Assembly (NCBI GenBank): GCA_963786105.1
Contig: CAWAXX010000012.1
Location: 1 to 64,000, forward strand
Origin: Vulcanimicrobiota bacterium
GTDB lineage: Bacteria; Vulcanimicrobiota; Vulcanimicrobiia; Vulcanimicrobiales; Vulcanimicrobiaceae
Direction: 5' to 3'
Length of the DNA stretch: 64,000 nucleotides
Each line of letters opens with the position of its first letter. Position 1 is the stretch's first letter. The position numbers and the translations under genes are program-made. Positions 13,101-23,651 of this stretch are shown here, piece after piece. The notes below the pieces were generated by a model. That model had not been told where the DNA came from, made no database searches, and saw only the letters and a list, made by a program, of their open reading frames with translations.

Positions 13101-15396
13101 ACCGCAATTTGCCGATCGGAAACACCTACGCGAACTGGTCGAGCGCTCGCGACGTGGTCCACGGTTCGCTGTCGGTGGGCGGCGCGGAGGGAAGATTGCG
13201 CGCCGGCGGTTCCATCGGTTTCGCGCCGGGACCCGATCTGATGTCCACGTTCGCGCGCTCGCGATACGACATGCACGCCACGGTCAGCGATCTCGATTTG
13301 ACGTTGTGGGTGGCCGCATTGGGGTTTCCCAACGTTCCGGTAACCGGTCGAGCGTCCGGAAACGCCACCGTTCACGGCCGGTTTCCGACGCTGGACTTGC
13401 GGGGAAATGCGGAAATCGACGGCGGCACGATCGGTCCGCTGACGCTCGAAACGGCAAAGGCATCCGTCCGTTCCAACGGCTCGCGCGTCACGATCGATAG
13501 CGCGGAAATGGTCACGCCCGGACTGACGGCATCGGCGTCGGGTTCGTTAGGACTGCGCCCGCTCGATCCGCTCGACGTGCAGGTGCACGCGGCGACCAGC
13601 GATTTGCCGAGGCTCGTTTATCAGTTTTCGCGCGTGAAGGTTCCGGTGAGCGGGTCGTTCGAGTCCACGCTGCAGGTTGGCGGCACGTACGCGTCGCCCA
13701 CGTTCGTCGCCGGCATCGATGCGAGCAACGTTCAGGCGTACGGCATCGGCATTGCGTCGCTCTTCGGCGAAGTGCGCTTGCACGGCCGGGCGCTGGTATT
13801 GTCGAACGCCGGCGCGACGTTCTCGCACGGCGAGGTGACGCTGGCGGGATCGCTTGCCGCTCGAGCTATCGCCGTTTCGCGTCGGCCCCGCTAACCAACC
13901 AGTCAGCTTCGACGTCGATATCGTTGGGCTGGATCCGGCACTCTTCGACGGGTTGCTCGGAAACAACACCAAACTCGGCGGGACGATCGACGGACATTTC
14001 GGATTGACCGGCACGATGCACGCGCCGACTTATCGTCGGTCACGCGCAGCTGACAAAGGGATCCTACGTCAGCGATCTGCAGCGAACGCCGATTACCGGT
14101 GCGACCGCGCGACTAGTCTTCAATCGCACCAGTGCATCGTTTGACCGCATCGGGGCCAAGCTGGGAGCAGGAACCGTGCAAGGCTCCGGCCGCGTCGAGT
14201 TTCCGAGAGGTTTCGAAGTGACCAGCGGATATTCGTTCGTCGCCAAGGCCGTCGCTCGCGGAGCGCAGTTGAACCTCCCGGCGTACGGCAACGGCACGCT
14301 CGACGCCGATTTGGCCCTGACGAAAACGCCGTCGTCGCAAGCGTTGCTTTCGGGCAACGTCACGTTGAATAACGCGACGTTGCCGTTTTCCGCGTTCGTT
14401 CAAGCGGCGACGCAATCGCCGGACGCGGTGAAAGTTCCACTCCCGCCGGTTGCGTTCGACTTGAACGCATCGGCCGGAAAGAACGTGCGGGTGCGCGGGA
14501 GCGGATACGGCGCCGGACTGGACATCGGCGTCGCCGGGAAGGTCCGCCTCGAAGGAACGCTCGCATCGCCGCAGCTCGCCGGAACGATCAAATCGACCGG
14601 CGGAACGCTCACCTATTTCGATAGAGCGTTTCGCGTTCGCGAAGGAAGCGTCGCGTTCGATCCCTCCGACGGCGTGCTGCCGAACATCCATGCGGTCGCG
14701 ACGACCAGCGTGGTCAACCCCGACCCCGATCGGGCGCGCAATCCGTACGGCTCGGCCGATATAACGATTAAGGTTGACGGCCCGATTGCCGGCCTCAAGA
14801 TCGACTTCACAACCAACCCGCCGGGCTATTCGCGCGACCAAGTCATCGCCATGATCGCGCCGCTCGGCGGCTTCATCAACGGCATCGCCTTCAATGGCCA
14901 GTCACCCTATCAAGTCCAATCGCCGGGCGGCATCACGCCGTACGGGACCCTCTCACCGCTTCCCGCCGGGGCCTACCAAACGCGGAGCAGCAGCATAACC
15001 GCCGGCCAGGAGGCCTTCAACATCCTCAACGCACAGTTCACCGCCGGACTGCTCTCGCCGGTCGAGACCGCGCTCGGTCAAGGCCTCGGCCTCTCGAGCG
15101 TCAACCTCACGCTCGGTTACTATGGAAATGTGGGTGTCACCGCCACCCGGGTCCTCGGCAAATCGGTCAGCGCCATCTACGCCACGACCTTCGGCCTCCC
15201 GCAGATTCAATCGTTCGGCATCAAATTCGATCCTAGCGCCTACACGTCGGCGATCCTGAGCTTCTACTATCAGACCAGCCCGACCAAGCTCTTCCAACAG
15301 CCGGTCACCGCCTTGGGATCGTCCAACCAGCTTCTGGTCGGCCAGCCACTTCTAGGGAACAGCGGCTTTAGCTTCAGCCTCCAGCGGTATCTATAG
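10119..15396 (+). CDS. tamB: TamB/AsmA-like translocation and assembly protein (~1757 aa; four apparent +1 frameshifts near 11797, 12662, 13854 and 14030)
   Basis: Five consecutive ORF pieces join into one frame when one duplicated base is removed at each junction; N-terminal TM segment, beta-rich repeats, DUF490-like C-terminus; directly upstream of bamA. Confidence 0.8.
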
Positions 15397-15583
15397 GAGG
15401 CGCCCGTTAACTTCTCAGACAGAACCGGTAAGCTCAATCCGGCCCTAATCTGCGCGGCAAGGACCCGAGTCCGGCAAGGCGAACAGGGCGACCCGGGTCA
15501 GAACAGGCGCGAAGATTTGTGCCGGCCCTTCGCTGACGCCGTCAGCGCCTCTCTTATTAATTTTCGAGGACGAACTTTTTCGC

Positions 15584-17846
15584 ATGATCTTTGACCTTCG
15601 GCGCGCCCTTCGCGCACTGACGTGCGGGGCGGGCGCTCTGCTCGCTCTTGTCGTTGTGTTTGCGGCGCCAATCGGGCCGGTCGCCGCCGCCACCGCTCCG
15701 AAGATCGTGTCGGTCGACGTTACCGGAAACCTTCACGTCCCGACGGCGACGATCATGGCGGTGGTCCAGGCACGGCCGGGCGAGACGTACGATCCGAGAA
15801 TCGTGCAGGGAGACCTGGCGCGGATCAACGCGCTCGGCTATTTTGCCGACATCGCTCCCCCGCTCGTGCGCCAGCGTCCCAACGGCATCGCGATTACCTA
15901 CCGGGTCATCGAAAACCCGACGATCAGCAAAATCTCGTTCACCGGCAACACGAAGGTGCCGAGCGATACGTTGTTGGCGCTGATGGACCTCTCGGTCGGG
16001 CAGGTGTTCAATACCAATACGTTCCGCCAAGACGTGTTGAAGATTAACAACTATTACGAACGCATAGGCTACGGCGGCCAAGTCCCCACGCACGTCAAGG
16101 ACCTCAACCTCGATCCGAAGACCGGCGCGCTGACGCTGGTGATTCAGGAAGGTCTCATCGTCAAACAAATCATCATCGGCGGCGACCCGCTCTTGCCGCC
16201 GCCGCTGATCTTGCCGTCGCTCACTCTGAAACCCGGCTCGATCTACTCCGACGAAGTGCGCGATGCCGACTTCAAAGCGCTGCAGAAGCTCTACGAAAAC
16301 CCGTACCACCTCGAAATCGGGAACTTCGAAGGCGGCATCGATCCGTCGTCGATCGATCTCAAGGCGGGCACCGCGAACGTGAAGTACAACATTTACGTCG
16401 CGCGCATTTCGGTCGTGCAGATCACCGGAAACACGCGAACGAAAGACCAGGTCGTTCGCCGCGTGCTTCGCGAGGTGCCGGGGATGGTGCTCAATACCGA
16501 CGCGGTCAAGCGCGATTACGAGCGGCTCAACTCGCTGGGCTTTTTCTCGAAGGTCGAGCCCGACATCAAGCCCGGTCCGGATCCCAAGAAACCGCAGCTC
16601 GTGACGCTCGTGTGGCACGTCACCGAACAGCGCACCGCTCAGGCCTCGGTCGGCTTTGGGTACTCGGGCGGCTTGACCGGACAGGGACTCTACGGAACGC
16701 TAGGCTTCTCCGACACCAACTTGCACGGAACCGGAAACTCCGGATCGGTTCAGTTCGAGAAGGGAGCGCGTACCGGCGTCGCCCAGGTCGCCCTGTCGAT
16801 TCCGTATCTCGGCAACACGCCCAAGTCGCAAAGATACAGCGCCAGCGGACAGACTCTTCACCAACAGTTCGACGTACTACTATCCCGTCTACGGCGTGAC
16901 GACCAGCCCGGGCATTCCGTCGGTCGGAGGAACGCCCGCGCCGATCCCGGTGACGCTCTATCCGGGGCAGAACGCGTCGCAAATCAGCGGTATCGTGGCG
17001 ACGAACACGTCGAGCTCGACCGGCGCGTCGGGATCGATCGGGCGTCGCTTAAGCGACTATACGATTCTCTCGCTAACCCTCGGCGCGCAGACGATTCGCT
17101 ACAGCACGACCGTTCCGTCGCCGTACTACTTCCAAGGAAATCAGCCGAACATCTTCGTCGGACCGACGCCTGGGCCGGTAAACTCCACCATCAACTCCTA
17201 CGGCGGATCGTTCGGCATCGCCGCGTCGTCCATCGCCAACGTCAACACCGGCGCGCCCTACAAGCTGAACACGACCATTTTGAGCTTAACGACGAATACG
17301 CTCGACGATCCGTTCAATCCGCGGCACGGCGTCAACGCCTTCCTGTCGGGAACGTTTTCGATGCCGGCTCTCGGATCGAACTTTCAGTTCACGCAACCGT
17401 CGCTCGGCATCGCGAAGTTCTTCCCCGTGCTCAAGGATGCAACGCTCGGCGTGCATTTGGTCCTCGATGCCTCGACGGGTGTCATCCCGCCGAGTAACCT
17501 GTACACGTTTTCCGACCAGCAAGTTCGCGGCTACAATCAGGTGTTCTACGCCACCGATGCCGGATTGGGTCAAATCGAGTTGCGCCAGCCGTTCTCGGTC
17601 GATCGCCGGATTACGCTCGCCGTGTTCGTCGACGAACTCGACTACCGAATTCGCGGTGCCTATCCGCTGGTCAATCCGTATACCAATCGAATCGTCGGCT
17701 ATCCCGCAAATTGGGCGTTGTATGGCGACTACGGTGCGGGAATTCGCTTCGACGTGCCGCAGCTGGGCTTACGCACGGTGCGCATCGACTTCGCTAGGGG
17801 CGCCTACGGGACGCACACCAGTTTCGGCATCGGTCAGAGTTTCTAA
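15584..17846 (+). CDS. bamA: BamA/Omp85 family outer-membrane assembly factor (apparent +1 frameshift near 16853)
   Basis: Signal peptide, POTRA repeats (VTGNLHV, FTGNTKV, ITGNTRTKDQVVRR), barrel with DTNLHGTGN and VRGY, C-terminus GIGQSF. Confidence 0.9.
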
Positions 17847-17870
17847 AGAAGCATCGTTCAAAGGGAAAAT

Positions 17871-18677
17871 ATGAGCATTCGATCCGTTCCGTTCCTCGCA
17901 ATCGTCGCGCTGCTGCTGGCCGCGCTGGTGTCGCCCGAGGCGATCGCCGCCGATCTGACCGACGTGGGTTTCGTCGATCAAGCGGAGCTGGCAAACATTC
18001 CGGTGTTCACCAATGCGAATCGCGCGCTGGCGGCGTATAAAGCGCAACTGGACGCGCAGTACAACGCCGCCCTCAAGCATGCGGGAAGCGACGCGGATCG
18101 CCAACGAATCTCGCTGCAGTTTCAGCAGCGGTATACCGATAAACAGCGCGAGATCGTGGGCCCGCTCTTTCAGCGCGCCCAGCTCGCCATCGCTCAGGTC
18201 AGCGCCGCGCATAACCTCTCGGTCGTGGTCGACAAGCGCATCGTAATCTACGGCGGCCAGGACATCACTAAGGACGTCGAAACGCTCTTCCTGAGTCCGC
18301 AGGCCATTCAGCCGCCGGCGGCTTCGCCGGCGCCGTCCGAGATCGGGTACGTCGACCAAACGGTGCTCGACAACCTGCCGAAAGTAAAGACCGCCAACGA
18401 CCAGATGAATCAATTCGCTACCACCCAGCGGACGCTCTTCGCTCCAAGGATGGCGCAAGCAAAGAGCCAAGCCGACCGGCAGCAGGTCTATCAAGATTTC
18501 AATAAGACGGTCAGCGACAAGCAGGACCAACTGCTCAAACCCCTGGTCGATGAGACGAAGCGCGCGACCGCAGACGTAGCGGGAAAAAAGAAGCTGCTGC
18601 TGGTCGTCGATCGTGCCGACGTGATCTACGGGGGAACGGACATCACGTCGGATGTCCAAAATGAACTCTCCAAGTAG
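17871..18677 (+). CDS. Skp/OmpH-like chaperone with two tandem OmpH domains
   Basis: Signal peptide; repeated DVGFVDQ / EIGYVDQ and VVVDKRIVIYGGQDITKDV / LVVDRADVIYGGTDITSDV. Confidence 0.85.
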   Translation: MSIRSVPFLAIVALLLAALVSPEAIAADLTDVGFVDQAELANIPVFTNANRALAAYKAQLDAQYNAALKHAGSDADRQRISLQFQQRYTDKQREIVGPLFQRAQLAIAQVSAAHNLSVVVDKRIVIYGGQDITKDVETLFLSPQAIQPPAASPAPSEIGYVDQTVLDNLPKVKTANDQMNQFATTQRTLFAPRMAQAKSQADRQQVYQDFNKTVSDKQDQLLKPLVDETKRATADVAGKKKLLLVVDRADVIYGGTDITSDVQNELSK

Positions 18678-19953
18678 GCGATTCGCGTTGACGCTGGCCC
18701 TTCTTTCCGCAACCGCGGCTTTGCTCGAAGGCTGCGTTGACGTCCATTCGTCGGCGATACGCGGCACCGGTTACGTGCGTATCGGCGACGTGGTCAAGCA
18801 TCACCCGCTGTACGGCCAACTCGCGCAAATCGATGACGGGATCGCGGCCATCGCCCTCGCCGCCGCCGCGCCGCGCGTGCCGCTGAGTGCGGCGCAAATC
18901 GCGCGCGAAACCCGGGAGTTGAACCGAGAGCTGCGCGACGCGCAGTTGCGCGCGAACAAAATTCTCGCGCAAAAGCAGCAAGATTACGCCACTCGAGAGC
19001 GCCAGGCGGTTTCGGCGGCGCTCGCCGCCGCGGGGGTGAGCGGCAGCGGTCAGCTCGATGCCGCGCAAATGAGTGCCACGTCCGCCCAGCAGGCCCAGCA
19101 GGCCGCTGCGGCGGCCAACCAAGATTTCATGGCCTATCAGCAAAGCGTCGTCGCGCAGGACAACGCCGCCAGTTCGGCAATCGCGCGGCAACTCCAAGCG
19201 CAGGCGGCGCAAAAACTCCAAGCCAAGGCGCAACAGCTTCAGCAGAACGAGACCGATTTGTCGCTGCGGTTGACTCAGGAAGATGCGACGCAGCGGCTGG
19301 CCATCAAAACGCGTCTTTCGAATCTCGCACTCGACGACGCTACCCGTAAACAGCTGGTCGCCCAGCTGGCCGCCCTGAACGCTAAGGAAAGCGCCGCCAT
19401 CGACGCGCAACGCCGGACCGACGCGGCGACCTTGAGCGCCTACCGTGCCCAACTCGGCGCTCAAACCAACGACGCGGTGCGCGCCCAGGTCGGCGCGATT
19501 GCCGGGCAGACCCGAGCCAAAATCACCGAGCGCCGTAACGAGGTGGGGACGCAGCTGCGTACGCTCGGACCCCCGGCGCTTCCGTCCACGCTACCGGCCG
19601 GCGTTCGAGCGAAGATCGCTGCCATTCACCGGCAGTTCATCGCGCAGTTCCAGGCCGACGCTCAAAAGACGATCGGCGATTACACCGCCACCAAGAACGA
19701 TCTGGACCGTCAGTTCGCGGCCTTGCACGGCGCGGACGTCGGGGCGACCGGGGCGGCGGCCAAGGAACTCGCCGGCCTCCAAAAGCGCCGGGACGCGCTC
19801 TATAAGGAGATCGTGGATCAGATCACGCGCGAGGCCACGCGCATTGCAAAGGAACGAGGATTCAGCATCGTATTCGTCAACATCGAGCAAGCCGCGGGCG
19901 GTTACGATCTCACTAACGACCTCATCAAAGACGTGGAAAGCCAACACGAGTGA
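18661..19953 (+). CDS. Long coiled-coil lipoprotein with OmpH-like termini
   Basis: Lipobox LEGC; GYVRIGDVVKHHP at the N-terminus; IAKERGFSIVF...GYDLTNDLIKDV at the C-terminus; Ala/Gln-rich helical middle. Confidence 0.7.
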   Translation: MNSPSRRFALTLALLSATAALLEGCVDVHSSAIRGTGYVRIGDVVKHHPLYGQLAQIDDGIAAIALAAAAPRVPLSAAQIARETRELNRELRDAQLRANKILAQKQQDYATRERQAVSAALAAAGVSGSGQLDAAQMSATSAQQAQQAAAAANQDFMAYQQSVVAQDNAASSAIARQLQAQAAQKLQAKAQQLQQNETDLSLRLTQEDATQRLAIKTRLSNLALDDATRKQLVAQLAALNAKESAAIDAQRRTDAATLSAYRAQLGAQTNDAVRAQVGAIAGQTRAKITERRNEVGTQLRTLGPPALPSTLPAGVRAKIAAIHRQFIAQFQADAQKTIGDYTATKNDLDRQFAALHGADVGATGAAAKELAGLQKRRDALYKEIVDQITREATRIAKERGFSIVFVNIEQAAGGYDLTNDLIKDVESQHE

Positions 19954-20366
19954 AAAACACGAACACACGCATCATCACGCTCGCCTTGTCCGCCGCCGCG
20001 CTTTTGGCTGGTTGCGGAACGTCGAGCCCGATAGGACTAGTCGACGTCCAGCGGATCGTCAGCAACTGGCCGGAATATCAGAACTACCAGAACCAGTTAC
20101 TCACCGACGAACGAACGATCGCTGGTGGTCGCGGTAGCCAAGCGCAAAAAATGCGCGCTACGATGGCCATGCAGCAAAAGTACACGAAGATCACCGAACA
20201 GCTCACGCAGCAGATCCGGGACGCGTCGACGAAGATCGCGCAGCAAAAGCGGCTCCAGCTCGTGCTCACGCGCGAAGGCGTCGGATACGGCGGCGTCGAT
20301 ATCACGGGCGACGTCGAAAAGTCGCTCAACATCACGGAGAAGGCGACGCCTACGCCGGGGAAATAG
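19950..20366 (+). CDS. Short Skp/OmpH-like lipoprotein
   Basis: Lipobox LAGC; IGLVDVQRI...IAQQKRLQLVL...YGGVDITGDV. Confidence 0.8.
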   Translation: MKNTNTRIITLALSAAALLAGCGTSSPIGLVDVQRIVSNWPEYQNYQNQLLTDERTIAGGRGSQAQKMRATMAMQQKYTKITEQLTQQIRDASTKIAQQKRLQLVLTREGVGYGGVDITGDVEKSLNITEKATPTPGK

Positions 20367-20369
20367 TCG

Positions 20370-21396
20370 ATGTTGGGGACGTTGCGAGATCTCGCCGACC
20401 GCGTCGGCGGAGCCGTCGTCGGTGACGGCAGCCTCGAAATCGCTCGCATCGCCGCCGTCGAAGACGCCGGCCCCGACGCCCTGACGTTCGCGACCGACGA
20501 ACGGTATCTCGCCGCGGCATTACAGAGCAAAGCAGCGGCCGTGCTGGTCGATGCGTCGATACCGCGATCGCCCGGCGACAAGCCGCTGATAGTGGTTCGA
20601 AAACGCGCGCCACGCGCTGGCACAGCTGTTGAAGGCGTTGCGTCCGAGCCGGCCGCTCGGGCCGTTCGTTCACCCGACCGCGGCGATCGAAACCGATGCC
20701 GAGCTCGCCGGCGACGCGTACGTCGCGGCCCACGCGTACGTCGGGCATCGCGCGCGGGTCGGCAGCGGGAGCGTTATCGGGACGAGCGCGTACGTCGGTG
20801 ACGACGTGTCGATCGGCGAATCGGCCTGGTTGCATCCGCACTCGACCGTGATGGAACGCTGCAGCATCGGCAATCGCGTCGTGCTGCACGCAGGTTGCGT
20901 CATCGGAAGCGAAGGCTTCGGCTGGGCGTTCATCGATGGCCGGCTGGAGCGTATACCGCAAGTCGGCAACGTGATACTCGACGACGACGTCGAGATCGGC
21001 GCCAATACCTGCGTCGATCGCGCACAAACGGGCAGCACCTACATCGGCGTCGGAACCAAGATCGACAACCTGGTTCAGATCGGTCACAACTGCCGTATCG
21101 GCAAGCATTGCGCGCTGGCTTCACTCACCGGATTGGCAGGCTCGACGGTCGTCGGCGACTACGTGAAGATCGCCGGACAAAGCGGTACGCGCGGCCATAT
21201 GACGATCGGCTCCGGCTCGACGGTCGCGGGCCAGTCGGGCGTATGGGGCGACGTTCCCGAGGGCGTCACGGTTTCCGGAAATCCGGCGCGCGAACATCGC
21301 GAAGAGCTGCGGCGAGAGGTCATGATTCGCAGGCTGCCAAAGCTCGTTGCTCGTGTCGACGCATTGGAGCGCGCGCTCGAGCGCGAAAACGAATAG
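20370..21396 (+). CDS. lpxD: UDP-3-O-acylglucosamine N-acyltransferase (apparent +1 frameshift near 20596)
   Basis: Hexapeptide repeats, IGSEGFG, PQVGNV, EIGANTCVDR, KIDNLVQIGHN. Confidence 0.95.
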
Positions 21397-21413
21397 TCTC
21401 GGGAAACGCTGAG

Positions 21414-22271
21414 TTGACGCAGAGGACGCTGGCCGCAGCTCTGCGCTTCGAAGGCATCGGCTTGCACAGCGGGGAGCGCGCAGTCGTCGACGTCGCACCG
21501 GCACCGCCCGACAGCGGAATCGTTTTTATCCTTCACCCGGCCGGCGACCCGCACTCGACGGTGACGGTTCCGGCGGTGGCCGAGAACGTAATCGACACGT
21601 CGCGAGCAACGGTACTAGGCCGCGACGGTGCGTCGGTTTCGACGACCGAGCACGTACTTTCGGCGCTATTTGCCAGCGGCGTTACCAACGCGCGCCTCAC
21701 CGTCGAGGGACCGGAAATTCCCATCGGCGACGGAAGCGCGCAAAGTTTCGTCGACGCGATCGACGCGGCCGGAGTCGTCGCTCAGGATCGTCCGCGCGCA
21801 GTTTTATCGCTCGACGAGCCGTTCGTCGTGCGAGCAGCGGACCGGATGGTCGCGCTCTTGCCGGCGCCGGCGTTTCGAGTTCGCTTCGTCGCCGACTTCC
21901 CGCCGCCGATCGGTACCCAATACTTCGACGGCGAAATCGACGCGCCGGCGTATCGCCGAGAGATCGCCGGCGCGCGAACGTTCGGATATCTGCACGAGGT
22001 CGAAGCGCTTCGAGAACGCGGTCTGGCCCGCGGCGGAACCCTGGAGAACGCGCTCGTCTTTGCGACCGACGGGCCGATGCAGCCGCTGCGTTGGGCCAAC
22101 GAAGTCGTGCGTCACAAGGTGCTCGATCTCATCGGCGACTTCGCCTTGCTCGGCGCGTGGCCGCAGTTCGAAGTCGTGGCGTTCAAGAGCGGCCACGAAC
22201 TGCACGCAGTGGCAACCCGCGCGTTGCGCGCGAGAATCTTCGGCAGCGTCAACGCCGGCGACACTGCGTAA
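21414..22271 (+). CDS. lpxC: UDP-3-O-acyl-GlcNAc deacetylase
   Basis: QRTL...GIGLHSG, TEHVLSAL, EIPIGDGSA, ARTFG, RHKVLDLIGD, KSGH; TTG start inferred. Confidence 0.95.
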   Translation: MTQRTLAAALRFEGIGLHSGERAVVDVAPAPPDSGIVFILHPAGDPHSTVTVPAVAENVIDTSRATVLGRDGASVSTTEHVLSALFASGVTNARLTVEGPEIPIGDGSAQSFVDAIDAAGVVAQDRPRAVLSLDEPFVVRAADRMVALLPAPAFRVRFVADFPPPIGTQYFDGEIDAPAYRREIAGARTFGYLHEVEALRERGLARGGTLENALVFATDGPMQPLRWANEVVRHKVLDLIGDFALLGAWPQFEVVAFKSGHELHAVATRALRARIFGSVNAGDTA

Positions 22272-22301
22272 CTAGAAACGCCGGCAGCGAAGGGAGAGCC
22301 T

Positions 22302-22775
22302 GTGGGAGCACTAGACATCCGGCAGATTTTCGAGGTTCTGCCGCACCGGTATCCGATTCTACTCATCGATCGCATTATCGAACTCGAGCCGATGGTGCGC
22401 GTTCGCGGATACAAGAACATCACGTATAACGAGCCGGTCTTCATGGGACACTTTCCCGGCAATCCGCTCTTGCCGGGCGTCTACATGCTCGAGGCGATGG
22501 CCCAGCTCGGGGGCACCGTCGTGCTCGAACCCGGCGAGTTTACGCGCAAGACGCCGTATCTCGCCGGAATCGATAAAGCCAAGTTTCGCCGTCCGGTCAT
22601 CCCCGGCGATCGCCTCGACATGGAAGTCACGATGTTGCGGCACCGGCGAAATATCGGCTGGGTTTCGACGGTCGCAATGGTAGACGGGCAGTTGGCGTGC
22701 TCGGCCGAACTGAGTTTTTCGATCGTCTCGGACCCGCGCATGTTCGGCGCGGACTCGTCGGTGCTGCACGCGTGA
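22302..22775 (+). CDS. fabZ: 3-hydroxyacyl-ACP dehydratase
   Basis: LPHRYPILLIDR, NEPVFMGHFP, PGVYMLEAMAQ, FRRPVIPGD. Confidence 0.96.
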   Translation: MGALDIRQIFEVLPHRYPILLIDRIIELEPMVRVRGYKNITYNEPVFMGHFPGNPLLPGVYMLEAMAQLGGTVVLEPGEFTRKTPYLAGIDKAKFRRPVIPGDRLDMEVTMLRHRRNIGWVSTVAMVDGQLACSAELSFSIVSDPRMFGADSSVLHA

Positions 22776-23539
22776 TTCATCCCACGGCGATCGTCCATCC
22801 CGGCGCACAAATCGGAAGGCACGCCGAGATCGGCCCTTTCTGCATCGTCGGCGAGCACGTGACGGTCGGCGAGCGCACCGTGCTGCAAGCGCACGTGGTG
22901 GTCAACGGCTGGACCGAAATCGGCGAAGAGTGCCAAGTGTATCCGTTCGCCACCATCGGAGCGGCTTCGCAAGATCGCAAATATAGCGGGGAGCGCGCCT
23001 TTACGCGGGTCGGCAGCCGCACGATCCTCCGTGAGTACGTTAGCATCCAGCGCGCGACCGGCCACGACGAAGTGACCTCGGTGGGCGAGGACTGCCTGTT
23101 GCTTGCGTACGTGCACGTCGCGCACAACTGCGTTCTCGGCAACGGCGTGACGATGAGCAATCTCGCTCAGCTGGCCGGTCACGTCGACGTTGGAGACTAT
23201 GCGACCATCGGCGGTCAGGCCGGCGTGCACCAGTTCACTCGAATCGGGCGATACGCGATGATCGGCGGCGCAACCAAACTCACCAAAGACGTGCCGCCCT
23301 TCTTCTTGATCGAAGGCAATCCGGCTCGACCGTACGGGCTCAACAGCGTCGGCTTGCGCCGGGCGGCGTTTTCACCGAACGAGCGCAACGAGATCAAGAA
23401 ATTCTACAAGATTCTGTACGATCCCAAGCTCAACGTTTCCACGGCGATCGAAGCGATGAAGGCCGAGGTCATGACGGACCCCGGACGCGAGATCGTCGCA
23501 TTTCTGGAATCCGCTTCCGAACGCGGCGTCCTAAAATAA
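22772..23539 (+). CDS. lpxA: Acyl-ACP:UDP-GlcNAc O-acyltransferase
   Basis: IHPTAIV, QDRKY, HVAHNC, LAGHV, VHQF, KDVPPF, GLNSVGLRR; GTG start overlaps the fabZ stop. Confidence 0.96.
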   Translation: MIHPTAIVHPGAQIGRHAEIGPFCIVGEHVTVGERTVLQAHVVVNGWTEIGEECQVYPFATIGAASQDRKYSGERAFTRVGSRTILREYVSIQRATGHDEVTSVGEDCLLLAYVHVAHNCVLGNGVTMSNLAQLAGHVDVGDYATIGGQAGVHQFTRIGRYAMIGGATKLTKDVPPFFLIEGNPARPYGLNSVGLRRAAFSPNERNEIKKFYKILYDPKLNVSTAIEAMKAEVMTDPGREIVAFLESASERGVLK

Positions 23540-23544
23540 ATTGT

Positions 23545-23641
23545 GTGTCATCCTGAGCGGAGCGCCGAAGGCGCGTAGTCGAAGGAGCGCTTTCAACGCG
23601 TCCTTCGACTGCGGCGCTTCGGCCTCCGCTCAGGATGACAC
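23545..23641. repeat. REP-like palindromic element (GTCATCCTGAGC...GCTCAGGATGAC type)
   Basis: Perfect 18-bp inverted repeat 23545-23562/23624-23641; inner 13-bp arm CGTAGTCGAAGGA/TCCTTCGACTGCG; GCGCC-GAA-GGCGC side hairpin. Confidence 0.85.
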
Positions 23642-23651
23642 GAGCGCGCAC

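Noticed and set aside
23541..23651. N-terminal extension of LpxB (MCVILSGAPKARSRR...)
   Set aside because: It is the translation of the palindromic repeat; LpxB homology starts at ATG 23652.
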